This document shows, piece by piece, positions 33,101-46,596 of a stretch of DNA of 64,000 nucleotides; position 1 is the stretch's first letter, and every line of letters begins with the position of its first letter. Made by a program: the position numbers and the translations under genes. A model generated the notes under the pieces. The model saw only the letters and a list, made by a program, of their open reading frames with translations, had not been told where the DNA came from and did not search any database. The stretch comes from Bugula neritina (taxonomy: Eukaryota > Animalia > Bryozoa), in the NCBI GenBank assembly GCA_964035545.1, contig OZ037769.1, forward strand, positions 13,360,633-13,424,632, given 5' to 3'.

Positions 33101-34391
33101 TATTACTTTTAATTATAAATTCTCTCAATGTTTGTGATTATCCTTTGATATATATTGTAGAGACTATTCAACATGCAGCTGCTATACTCTGTGATGTTTA
33201 TAGTTGGTATATTTTCCTACTCGTATCTGAATATAGAAGATGAAAAGACTGTTGATATGTTAGGAGTTGTGGGCTCCTGTCTTTCTATAGTAGCATATGC
33301 GTCCCCACTCTCAGCTATGGTGAGTGTATTTGCAGCACATATTTATTGGGGATGAGGGGATAACTCCGGATTACTACCTTGTACTATAAAGCTATACTAT
33401 GGTTGCTGCATGTATATATTGTATATTTTATTACATTTCATTTCTGACAAAAAATATTTTATTTATTAGCATCTAGTCAATAGGTTCATATGCAATGAGG
33501 AAACATGTTCTCTAAAGTATGTAAGCATTAAAATACATTTTAAATTTTTTTATTTTCGTCAATGTAATGTCCGTTCAGGTAGTCAAGCTGTACTCTATGC
33601 TTTAGCCAACGGACTTTGCACACTCATTCATCATATAGAAACATAGTAAGCTAGATAGCAATGATCACATAGCTATCGCAACTATGTCTAAAGGCTTGAA
33701 AATAACCCCCCCCCCTCATTGCCCAAATTAAGCTCAATGAAATTTTTTTACTAGTGTAATAAACTGTTTTGTAAGTCTAGTAAAATACCTTCAGGCAATT
33801 TTCTTACCACTAGGTTTATATTTGTGTGTAATCCATGCAATGGTTGTATTATATACTCACACCATATAACTGATTGTTTCCAGGGTGAAGTCATATCAAC
33901 CAAGTCCACAGCTTCCATGAACTTCATTCTATCTCTAGCTAACTTACTGCTGGCTGTGGAGTGGAGTGTTTATGGCTATTTTCTCGGCAATATGTTTGTG
34001 GCTGTGAGTATCCAGAGTTGTCTTTTCCTGCCATATTCAATTGTCATTTACAATAACATAGCTAATATTATATTGTTTTTCCTTTGAGCTTTTCTTTGCA
34101 AATGGCTTAACTTGAAACATAAAAAAAAGAAATTTTTAGTGTTGTTTAAAACTTCCATAATTGCTCTACAAAGGTCATAATCCTGTTGACATTATATTCT
34201 ATTTGTTTGTTTTAATACTGCATAAATAATAGCTTGTTTATACCCATTGTCAACACACTTTTCTCAGGTATATAATTAATAATCGTTTTCTGATGTAGGG
34301 ACCAAACGTCCTTGGGCTATTTGTCTCGATAGCACAGCTGGCTCTGTTCTACAAATACCCCAATCACCCAGCACCGGTCTTACCTCCTTAA
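30191..34391 (+). CDS. SLC50A1: Sugar transporter SWEET1 (MtN3/saliva family), 218 aa, 6 coding exons
   Basis: Exons 30191-30273, 30464-30541, 32720-32843, 33161-33319, 33884-34003 and 34299-34391 give 657 nt in frame. Motifs: FPYVALLTNCTVWTLYG, VNSVG, YASPLSAMGEVISTKSTASMNF, WSVYG, PNVLG...QLALFYKYP; seven TM segments. Confidence 0.93.
31405..31790. repeat. 15-bp minisatellite (TATGTGGTCCAGTAG, ~25 copies) in SWEET intron 2
   Basis: Direct observation. Confidence 0.95.
32126..32323 (+). mobile_element. tRNA-derived SINE, family 1
   Basis: Degenerate A box, B box (GGGTTTGATTCC), core GGCCATTGGTGATGTTAGGAAGAGCATCCAGTCATAATTGCTCCTGTG and tail TCTCACAGGGATAGTGACTATAAACTT, shared with at least four other copies. 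Confidence 0.8.
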
Positions 34392-36662
34392 CACGAGAGC
34401 CATAGCCTTGCCGTCTGCCCGAGGTGCCAGAGCTAGCAGCAGGTTAAATAAGACTATCAGAGAATTACGTGCCAAACCTTGCCCGTTCAACCTGTTGTCT
34501 TCCCACAAGGCCACAGCATCTATACAGATCAGTTCACTGGATTATTTATGGTAGCTTCAATGAATGGAATATTGTTATTGAAATGTTAGAAATGTGATTA
34601 AAAAAGTAAGAAGATAAAATAAATAAGAAATACATTTCTAAGTTTAGTTATATTGGCTACTTTTACACTTTATATATGTTTTGTAAAGTTTATAAATAGT
34701 TTCACTTAAAAATTTGCTATTTGTAAATATTTTTACATATTTTCTATAATTTGTTAAAATAGAAGTTTTTTGTATAATCAGCATATTTTTGTAAGTTTAT
34801 CAACGGTTTGTAATTAAACTTTTATATTGAAAAAGTTTCAAGTGTCCCATACTATTATTTTTAACTGTGTATAATGAGAATATAAAAATTAATAAAATTA
34901 AAAGTCTTTAGTAGGTATGCAAATCTGACAATATAAAGTTTACTTAACATATTCCCAGTAGTTTCTCTGCTCTTGGAGTTGTCTACTTGAAAAGATTGAT
35001 AGTTCATGACTCTTGGAAAATATCAGGTATTTTGGCAAATATCCAGAAAACTGTCACTTGATTAATAAGTTATTACTGCTTCATTTATTGTTTTCATTTT
35101 GATTTTAATTGCTGGTTGTTTAAATATTTAATATTTTAATATGTTAGATATATACCAGTCTAATCTATTAGTATTACATTAATTAAAAATAAAAGCCAAA
35201 GCTTTGTTTGTTGAGTGGAGCAAATTATTCCGAGCTCAAGAGTTCAACAAATGCCCTTTTATTAAATTTTTATGGAGCTTAATGAAAGTTTTATATAATA
35301 TGATATAGAAAAAACAATAGATATTGTTTATGACTAAACAATACTTATGGTATGCTACTTTTTACAACTGATTTTCAAGGAAATGAAATATTATGAAGAA
35401 ATCTAACTTTTCATAGAAATTTAAGACATGTCTTAATCTTTTTATATTTGGTTTAATTTTTCTGCATTTATTGTTTGCCATACAAACAATAAAATAGTGC
35501 TGAGTTTTAAAAGTTTGAAATAAATCTGCTAAAGCTTTGTAGCTGCAATATCTACCAAATCACAAAGACCTCGAAACTAAATGAAAAGTTTGCAAGTGTA
35601 GCTTCAATACTGTCAATTGTTCCACCTTTCTACAAATTAACATACAAGTAACACAAAAACTTTGTTTTACATAAACATGCCAGCTATAAAGAAAAAATTA
35701 ACATAACACGTAATCTTGCAGGTCGCAATTTGTGAAATTGATTTACTTCTATTGCTATTGTTTGCGTGATTCTAAAGAATAACAGCGTTTCCATACAATT
35801 ATTACAAATTAGCAACTAATTATAAAAATCTTTTGTAAATCTCAGCAGCAAACTGAAGTTATGTCAATATTAATACATGGTTGACGTTGTTTTACTGGAT
35901 TTCTAGAGCTAATCGCTTATTATTCATGTTAAAACTCTAACCGAAGCATGACAGAAACAAATACAACTGTTTAGCATTGGATAATGGTCTTGGTGGTTAA
36001 GGCACTGAAATGTCTAACATACTACCTAGAAGAATGCCACCAGCTAGTGTGGGTAAGTAGTAATAAGATTCACTTTTGACAAACTATAGAAGGTGAAGGC
36101 ATTGAGCATAATATTAACTTGTATTAACATAGCAGCTGATAGTGTACTGCTATAACTGAATATTAGTTGGGATATGCATATTCCACCATCTTATATATAG
36201 ATTAGCCTAAAGTGAGTTTTCCCCTAAATGGTGTGCAGAATTGATCTACCTTATATTATAAGCAAATACATACATAACTCTTACAATTTCCTTGTTTGAG
36301 CAGGCCTTATCAGCGTATGTATGAAATAGATTATATTAAAACTAAAAATAGTATTCACACTGTGGGCAGGACTCTATTGAACTATTCAACAAGGTCTTCA
36401 AAGTTTTTCATTAGCCATTCACTAGATGATTAAACTGCATTAGCTTACTATCTGAAAAACCTCATATCTTTTATTGTGCAACCATATTAGCTTATAAAAA
36501 CTAATTTGACATCTTTGAAATAAATGTAGCTATTGGACTGCTGCAAAGTATATTATATTAAACTTATAATAGGTAGCTTGCAGCTACTGCAGTCTGATCT
36601 CATTTATTAGATCTGTGTACGTTACTGAAACAGCTCCTAGAAAACAAGCTAAATGTATGACA

Positions 36663-36710
36663 CATTCATGATATTTTCATCCTTCTAGAAGGATGAAAAT
36701 ATCATGAATG
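36663..36710. repeat. Perfect 48-bp spacerless palindrome
   Basis: CATTCATGATATTTTCATCCTTCT|AGAAGGATGAAAATATCATGAATG. Confidence 0.95.
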
Positions 36711-39700
36711 CATTGTGAAATATCAAGTATTATAACAATAAAATAATTATATTTATTTCATATGTTTCAGCATTTCTTCATTCTAGAATATATTTTTTGC
36801 ATGATGGTTAGAAGTAGTAAGCTTTTTGTTGATGCAAAAATTGCCAATAAGCAATATTCGTTAAGAAAGATTAAACTCACACTTTCAGTGAGAAAAGTTG
36901 ATCATCATGCAATAGAGCATCTCACCTGCGCATTGCTAAGCGATTGCCCACTGTATTCCCAACACGAATTGACTTCAAGCACTCTTAGGTGGTACATATA
37001 GCTAAGTTAGTTGAAACTTGGTCTACATAGAATCTAAAACTTAGTCTATATTTGTTCTAAGACTTAGTCTACATTTGTTCTAAGAATTAGTCTATTATAT
37101 TTGTTCCAGGTTTAATTCTAAAATTTGTTTATAATCTGTATTTTCTCTAAAATCTAATATGTATTTGTTTTATAAATTTAGTTTATGCTAGATCATCAAA
37201 ATATATAATTTGAGTTTAGAATTTAGCCTATGTTTAACCTAGAACTTGGCCTATGACCAACTTAAAATTTAGCCTATGTTCCACTTATCTGGGTGCTCAT
37301 CAGTTACATTTATAGTTACAATAAACCTTGTATTTGCCTCAATAGCCAAAACAAATGGCCAAGATAATTGCTAATTGAACCAGACTGGGGGCTTTGTTTT
37401 AAATACTTCAAACTAAAACTGTGATTACGAATTACTGTACAGATTCAATGAATTCAGATTTACTGATAATGATTTTTTCTGTGTAGCAGCAGTGGCCATG
37501 TGATAGGCTGACTCAGGCCTTACTTACCAAACCACTTTCTCATTCTTCACACTAGACATATCTCGTAGCAGCTTGATAGTAGCTTTCAAGTTATTTCTGA
37601 AACCTAAATATTTCATATTGGCTTTCTCTAATTAGTTTTGAATAAAATTTTTCTCACAGTGAGCAGGTTTGTGAAGTTTAATTTGCTACGTTTGTTTAGA
37701 GAATTCACTTCATATTTATTTGTGTTATCTACAGGAAATAGGCTATATAATAATGTGTTCTAAATAGACAACTATAGTTTGTATTGTTTCGTGTTACAGT
37801 AAAAAACGTTGTCTGTTTATTAGAAATTTAGTTTAATTTGTGTACTTTCTGTATGTTATAACTTACTATGTTCATAAATGACACTCAAAGCTAAAACTAA
37901 AGCCATATTGGAAATAATTTCTTAATTACTTTATGACAATTGTGCTAGATTTGTATTATATTTATTTGAAAATCTCTATCAATGAATAGCTCATACTTTC
38001 TGCACTGGTATCAGATAATTTCTTTCAATTGAGTTAATTAGACATCTGCCATTCTAGCAGTGGCTTCTATAGGTTAAAGGGCTTCATAAGTTTATTAGCC
38101 CTATGTGCAGATCTTTAATAGCAGTTGAACGCATGACTTTCAGATTGGTAGTTTCGAGTATAGTTTCAGATTGATATATTAATACTTATTGGGCAGATAA
38201 CTTTCTCTTCCGAATTTGACTTTGACCAATGATAGTTTTTCTTAAAGAAGCATTATCTAGTAATTAGTAACTAAACTTAGGAGAAAAGTAGAGGTAAATC
38301 TTTCAACGAATAAGCTATGAGCTTGATCTGTATTAAAGTATAGGTGTGGGTTTTGATGACAAATCCTCGACTAAGAGATTTCATAATTGAAGTGTAACAA
38401 CCCATATCTTAGATAAATCCAATATTTATTTAAATGCCATATTAAGCATAGCTTTATCTGTAGCTTTTATTTAGCTTGCGGTTATTCATTTGAACAACAC
38501 ATATACCACTATGCTTGGTAAGCAAAAAGCCTTTTTTTGAACTAATTATGCTTCAAAATCTATAATTTTACACCTGCAGTACTTCTTAAAGCTATGAAGC
38601 AGCTAACCACTTTCATTTCCCTCTTTTCTTGTGTAAAATGTTGTTAGCTTGGGCCTTAATTTATACAGCTTTCCTACATAGAAAAAGTAGAAAATTCAGG
38701 AATAAACGCAAAAAATATCGAAATACTGGTTAGCAGGTCCTATTCCTTTCATTTGTTACTATTAATATTTTTGCCCGAAAATCTTGATGAAAAAATAAAT
38801 AAGATTCTACTTCAAAATACTTCATCTGGAGATCTTTGAAGTTTAAATGACTTAGGCTGACTTAGATTGGCTTAAACCTGGTTGAGACACTTTAACTATA
38901 ACTGTATAAATATAGCCTATGATCTCCCACATATTTTCCATAGCGCAAGTAACACTCTGTAATGTGAAACATGTAGAAAAGCAATCGTTGAACTTTATTT
39001 AACCATGTGATGTAATGTGTATACCCTCTCCCCTAGCAATGCTCATTTTTATTGAAAAACTTTGCGGTGCCAAACAATTGTCTATTGTGCTAGCTAGGCC
39101 AATGCTAATTTATTGGTTGGATATTATTCTAAACAGTAAATCGCTCATGTAATGCCATTTTCTCAAGCACCAATGCATTTGCATAAACTCAAACATTTTG
39201 AAACAAAACATTAGACAGAAATAAAAGCAATTTGTGGGGCCCTTTTCTTTCAATTATATAATAATTCGATGTATTAGACCGATATTATCAGGCTTTGTGG
39301 ACAATTAGCTACAGTGTGTATTCATTCACGGGCAGGTCAGTTGTAAATGCTGTCACCTGATAATGCTGTCACATGGTAATGGTTGCCAACTGTTAAATAT
39401 ATCACCTGTTTAATTACTTTAAATTATATTTTCCAACTAAAATTAACTTTACTCCAAAATAACAAGTTTTAATAATTTATTTCCTGATTGATTTGTTTAA
39501 AAAATGCTCAATTACCTTGCGCTGACAGCACGCTCTCATACGGCAGCATATTTAGTCAAGCAATGTGTATGACTTGTTTGACTTCCCTTAGAATGTTCCA
39601 TTCAGCAAGTGCAATAGTGGAGACATTTTTATAGCCCAAGGTCTTTAATTTTCTCATTACATTTTAGTTTGGGGTGTGCATTGAAATTCTCTCAGAAATA

Positions 39701-40907
39701 AAACTTCTTATGCTACATTTCTAATCTAGAACACAGGCTTTCCTCAGTTTCTCCATAATTACTGCACCTATACCTTAGATTTCCTCACAGCTGTAAGTTT
39801 TGCCATAATAACACAGGCTTGCAGTTTTTATTATATTAGCTCTGGTTATATAAGTAAATTTTCTTCATGCATAGAGCAAACAATTGCTAATTTAAGAGTT
39901 AAAATTCCAGCTGGTTAGAAATTATATCTCTACTTGATAATGGAGAGTAATTATTGCTTTCCATGCCTTTAGGAGTGTTTCTTTATTCAACCAACTTCTA
40001 GCCTTCTAACTGTTTTACAGCTCCAATACAATCAATACACATAAATAAAATCAATATAAATTTATAATTATGTCATGCTTTATTTAAAATTACTTTTATA
40101 ACAGAAATTTATAACATAAAAGTTGTTGATGGTAAAAGCTCATGGAATAAATTGTCTCATAAAGTGACTTTAAACCTTAGTTGGATGTTGGAATTTATAA
40201 TGTCTTCAGATCGCAAAAAAGGACAATTTACTATATATTACAATGTGTTATGTTTGATCTGGAATTGTTTGTTCCACGCCAGCATTCATCTGCCGAATGT
40301 AAAACAGATCTTGATTATGCGAGTTCTAAACATTCAATAAGATTTAGTGTTTGATATATGCATAGATGTGACGCGATGTGACTGCTATATGGGAGATTAG
40401 ATGGCTATGTGAATCTTTACATGTAAATTAAGGGTAGCCTGGGAACTTAAGAATAAAAAAATAAGCCTGCAAGCCTCGCTCTTGACTTGTGCCCAAAAGA
40501 GAAATAATGTGGTACTAATACTAATATACTAATATATAGATACTAATATTAATAGCCAGTGACACTCTCAATCTGTTGCTATACGGAGCCTTAGACAAAC
40601 ACAAAGTATTAATGGGGGTATCTTTGATATAAAATTAGAATACTAATCTAAACTAACTATGATTGTCTAATCACCTAATCTATTGTCCTTTTAATAAATT
40701 AAACAAACACAGAAACTATGTCTACAGATGCTGACTAAAGTCAAGTTGCCAACAAAATCAACAAACTGAGTAAATCTGTTGACTCAACAGTTACCTAACA
40801 AAGTGGCGCTATTGAAGTTTGTCATAATGTCAATGCATTGCTAATATATTTCAACAGTCACAATGAAAACTTAATTGCTGTGTTTACTTTCCTTTATGTT
40901 TTTCCAG

Positions 40908-43900
40908 AGCTAGTTGAAAAGAATAATGCTTTGGTAAGAATGAACAAAGCTAAGGCGTACAGAGAGCTGCAACGAAGACAGGGCAGGTATTTGCATCGGA
41001 TTTGGACAGAAAATATTCCTCTCACCCAGTCCTACGAGTCCGCCATTAAACTCAAGTTATTACGTAACTCATCAGCAAACTTTGGTCAGCAAGATATGGT
41101 TGAGTCAGCCAGCATCAATCAGGTACTTAAGAAAAAAAATACAGATAAATAATTGGCTAACTTTGCTTTTGACCTTAGCAAGGCCACTTGAAAATTATGG
41201 TTTTGACTATAATGACACTAGCTTAAAACCTAAATTATAAAAAAGTTTTGATGTTGTTATTATCTTATCAGATTATTTTACTATATTATACATGTTGTTA
41301 AAACAACTGGGATATTTCGAATATGCTTTCGTAGTTACTTTATAATTCTACGCTGTGTTACAGTGAACTACCAAAGTAAACCAATTAAATTCTGATTGAC
41401 ATGAAACAGAATGTTACATCAGCATTGCATCAGTAGCAAAATTTACCCACTAAATTTATTTTAACTTTAGCAGACAGTTTCAGTATGTATATCATGTTAG
41501 CAGATGACATAATCTATAGTATGTATGACTTTAATATAACTATACTCAAAGTTTTGTTTACCAATAATTTACTTTTCCTGTTCCAATAAATTCTAATCAA
41601 TATTTAAAGGTATTCAGTAAACAGCAGCCTTTAGAAGTTCTAGGTTAATAGTCGGAAATGACATTAAAGTAATTTCTGAACATCCAACAGTTTGTTAATT
41701 GTTACTAACCAACTTGACTGATAATTATAACAATTCAATGGTCAGGGAAGGCAATAATTAGTTGCTGTTAGCGTGTAACAGCAGATTACTTTGCAATGTT
41801 GTATTGAAGTGGATTGTTGGTCATGAAATGCTTCAACACTTCTCAGGAATGCTTTGTGATTTCCTTAGAGACAAGAAAACAATGCAATATGGCTTTATTC
41901 ACTGACTGTATGTATTATGTACTAAATATAATTGTATACAGATCAAACTTTATTACTAACAAAACTGGATGACAAACATAAAAATAGTTTTTGTAATTTT
42001 TTGCTTACACACTGAAACGTAGAACACAAAAGTATAATTAATATACAGCCGGACATATTTAACACATAATGATATCATATCATATGCAGCTGTGACTTTT
42101 TTTCTATGTAGGAATTGATATCTCATATAATAATCACAAAATTGGTTTACCTCAAAATATTAATTTGTAACGAAATAAACTCAAAAGAGAAATTTGAAAG
42201 CCACATCTTTGTAACTGAAAACAGTATGATGCTAGACTAGTTATAATGTACTGTCAAAGTAGCAAGTTTTGATGACATTATTATGAGAGTAAATGAAGCT
42301 ACAACTAAAGGGATAGGTGAATGTGGTTATTTATGAATAGTGCTGTGTGTATCTAAGTGTACATTTAAATCATGGAAGCAATTATTATAAATGAACATTT
42401 TAGGCTGCAGTTTCAATACATTTTCATCAAAAATTCATGAAAAGTGTTACCGGTATGTCTTTTTGAGAAGATTGCTAATTACAAATTGTGCTCAAAATAT
42501 ATTGTTTACATATATTACTTCTTTTTATTATAGTTATAGTAATTCTTTCTAACAAATTGTGTCATTATAAATTATTAAAATTCTCAAAATATTTTCTTAC
42601 AAAACTCTTTAAATTTAAACTTCAAATTTTCAAATATTAGTTATCAAATTTTAGCCAATCATCTTAGGCAGCTGGTCTGGTAGATTCCATTTATTGCTAA
42701 AACATTTTATATATACTTAAGCAAGTTTATATATAGTCACCATCCCTGTGAGAAGGCCTGGTGGAAAGAGTCTTTTAAAGCTAGCAAATGGCTTATTCAT
42801 TATATGTGAAACTGGAACAATTCTGACTGGATGCTTTTCCTAACACCACCAATGGCATTTACTGGGGTTTGAACCTACGACTTTCTGTTTATGAAGCCTA
42901 CCCCTAGACCACGGCTGCTCCCATTTCATATTTGTCACAGTGATATATACAAAAATTACAAGTGGGATACTATATTATAAGTGATAAATTTGCCAAGAAG
43001 TTAAAAATTATAATTATAAATGAAATTTTAGAACAATGTTTGCAATCTCTTGTAGTAACCCATATTTCTGTTATCTTTTTTATGCAAGCAACTAATAAAA
43101 AACTTATTTTCTGTTGGTAGAGTAATCTGTTTGGGAAGCGACGCTATGCCCCGCTCAGCTCTAGCTATGCGGAGAATAGACCACTTTCCAGAGAGCGGAT
43201 GACTCCAGCTGCAAAATGTTTGTATATGGACCCGGGGCGACCTGCCACCGCTCCTGAAACTAACCCCTTTGCTACTCTTGATGGACCTAGGCAAGAGGTA
43301 TAACTCCAAATTATTGTGGTAACATAAATGAAAGTGCTACATATGACTAATTCTCATTGCGATCTTATTGCAATATTATAGGCTTGAAGTATTTGTATTA
43401 TAAAGATGTATATGTTTACATTTACAAGTTATTGATTATTTTTCCTTTAAATAATTCACACGCAGACAGTGATGCGAATAACGTCAAAGAAAAGATAACT
43501 ATGAAATGTTCTCACCCTACAATATACCACTTATATTCCTCTTCTAGTGTCATATAACGCCGATGAAATACGAGTTTTAGCATTTATTATTGTTTTACAG
43601 GATTCTTGGATAATTCCCAAGACCCAAAGTGAAAGAAGCAACAATAGTGATTCAGAATCTTTGGATGAATTGAAAGAAACACGACAAAAAACGTTAAAAA
43701 AACTAATAGACATATCAGTTCCTTCATTAAACTGTAACAGTAATTTAGCAAAAAATAAAGAGGAATCAGTTGGGGAGGTCATACAGTACCCCTCTGCCTC
43801 GAAGATGAGAGAACTTTTAGCTAACGATGGGAAGATAACTCTTGAAAGTATTGTCGGTAAACTGATATACTATATATATTATATTCGATTATTCTAACTT

Positions 43901-45400
43901 AATAATTATAACAAGTCAATATTTCTAAGCTCAGTTATAACAACTTATTAGCTAAACAAGTTTATTACCTACTAACAAGGGGCTATTCTTTTCAGTTGCT
44001 TAAAATGATAATTTCGTCATTTTTTCCCTATTTAAATGGTAAGAACATTTTTGTAGCTGCAGAGAATGGAGGTAGGAGTATAATGAAGAAGGTTAGCCAT
44101 CTCGGGAGTGCCAGGCGTAGAAACTCCTTTATACCAGCCAACGATGAGTCACATCCCGCCAACCACAAGCCTGCAAACAAGTCAAATACCAATACTATTA
44201 CCTCTTCTATTAAAAGAATTAACACTACTTTGGCCAGGAAACCCTCTTCAAATAAGCAAGTTTCCTTTATGGATAATGAAAGAGACATAAATGGGAAGAC
44301 AACTTCAAGTGCAAATGGAGTTGCATTACCTGACGAGCAACAAACACTCACCCTGACTACTAAGAATTTGAATATGTTCAATGCAATGGTGCTAAAAACT
44401 ATCAGGACTTCAAAATTTGATGAGAGGTGTGTATCACAAACGAATTTACATACCGCGATTGATTTATAGAGACCTTCTCCCAGCAGTGTAGTGCTATGGA
44501 TATAGCTACATTGTTGTAAAATTTGAGTTTTTATACTTGTGAAAAAATAATGTTAATAATTGTGCTAATCAAATTTATATCTTGCTTTTGTGTGTATCAA
44601 AAATATGTACCGAGTATTGACAAAAAGATGAAACATATGACTTGCAACTGGTTAGCATGATAATATGAAAATGCACTTAGACGAAAAGATGTGATAAAGC
44701 GTAACTGTTTTAGAATAGTTTATACTTTTACTAAAATACTTTCGAACATGTATAAGTTGAATTAAATGCTGGTTTATAGAAATTAAAATTATCATATGAT
44801 GTATACGAACTTTATTACAATACACAACTGATCATTTAAAAAAAGAAATTAAATTGAAATCAATAGCTACAAAATAGATAATATCTGCAGCAGAAATCTG
44901 TGCACTGGAAAATATTTTGCTATAATAGCTTTGTCACATTATTTACAATGTGCTGCTTAAATAGTGTAGTTTAAGCTGCAAGAAAACATAATTAGCCATG
45001 TTACTCAACACACTGATGTTTTTTCTTCTTCAGAATTGTTCAGTGGGTAAAGGAAAGACAATGCGATCAGAAGTTACGTTTTCCAAAGCACGAGGCGATA
45101 CCTGAAGTAGATGAGTCATCTTACAGAAAAGATGAGTCATTCTCAGACAAGGGTAGAACTCTGAAGAGCAAAAAAGACATTACCAAAGACAGTCTACACC
45201 AAAATACCCACAGCAATGCAACTGATAAAGCAATTGACGCACGACCCACTGTTTTATCACAGACCAAACCAGAAACAAAAGTGACTAAAAATATACCTCC
45301 AGTCACAGAGAGTGACAATGGGCAAGTTCTTGACACCCCAGACAGAGTGCTTGCAGAAAAATCATCCTTATCTTCAGCAGACAGTTGTAAACCGACTTGA
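40908..45400 (+). CDS. Uncharacterised protein (~450 aa, Ser/Lys/Thr-rich, probably mostly disordered), 5 coding exons; start uncertain (first in-frame ATG at 40940)
   Basis: Exons 40908-41122, 43121-43297, 43601-43856, 44057-44426 and 45034-45400 have GT-AG boundaries and splice into one open frame (phases 0,0,1,2) ending at TGA 45398-45400. No domain recognised. Confidence 0.72.
42721..42922 (-). mobile_element. tRNA-derived SINE, family 1 (minus strand)
   Basis: The reverse complement carries CCGTGGTCTAGGGG (A box), GGTTCAAACCC (B box), the core TGGTGGTGTTAGGAAAAGCATCCAGTCA and the tail CTCACAGGGATGGTGACTAT. Confidence 0.78.
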
Positions 45401-46596
45401 GCACCTAATGGAATTCTTGTTTCAGCTTTTAAATCAAATGAAGTTTATACTAGCTGTTAGGAATTTTCTCTGCATATCAAAATAAGTTAATTTGGGTATT
45501 TTATATAATGTTAATAAATAAAAGATTACATAAAGAGATAAATTCAAAACACTATGCAGCGTATGTATATGCATGTAGCTGGTGCTGGCCGGAGTACATG
45601 TAATAAAGCTGTAATCAGTTGTATATATCCACTTTCTAATTAGATATTGGCTGATGGTGAATATGAAGGACGGGTGAAGGTAACTTTAGTTATTGTGATT
45701 TTCAACTCAGTAATTTGCAAAAAACTTTATAAACAGAAACTGTAGCTGAGATTAGAGGACGAAACTAAAATATTACATCAAATAAAATTCTTAAGTTTCT
45801 CGCTAGGAATTGCTAACAGTTGGTTATTGATGATTTTCAGTTAACTTTCAGAAATTGCTCAACAATCAAACGTAGAATTACATTTTATATAACCAGGCAT
45901 ATAATATAAAACTTTGTAAGCTAAAATGTAGCCTATCTGTGTATTCATTTCACCAAGTAATGTAAATGCGGTGAAATAAAGATGCTTTCTAGTAACATGC
46001 AGTATACGTCACGCGCTGTTTTACACACTGTATTACAGACTAACACAGAGCGTCACAGATTGTCACGCAATATTTAGCAGCTTTTACTGGTTAGTACTGT
46101 TTACTAAACAATTTTTATAAATTATCAATTTGGAGGTAAAATATTCAATTTTGTAAAAATTGAGGTTTTAAAAACTTTATTTTATCAATGGTATAAAAAA
46201 ATGAATATTTTGTGTAGAAAAATGACTTCCAAAACTGCATGCATATTATAATAGCTATTAAGTAGCACCTGGCATACAAAGAGTAGAATTCAGTAATGAT
46301 ATGTGAGAAGTAAAAATATTATATTGAAGAAGATAGCATACCAATATTGGGGTTTTTACCCTTATAGCACCAATTTACCTAAATACTACATTACCAGACT
46401 AACTTGGAGTTATTTTCTCCATCATAATATAAGTGTAGCTATAGGACCATAATATCAATATAAGTACTTAAATTATGTAGTAAAAATATAAGTTTTAAAT
46501 GTACTCGCACATGGGTGTAAAAATAAGATAGATAAACGAGTAAAATGTTTATATCGTTGTGTTTAGCACCACGTCGAAGATCATGTTCGGTAGAGC

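Noticed and set aside
40434-40446. RFX X-box-like GTAGCCTGGGAAC upstream of the uncharacterised gene
   Set aside because: Imperfect single match and unknown TSS; too weak to infer ciliary regulation.
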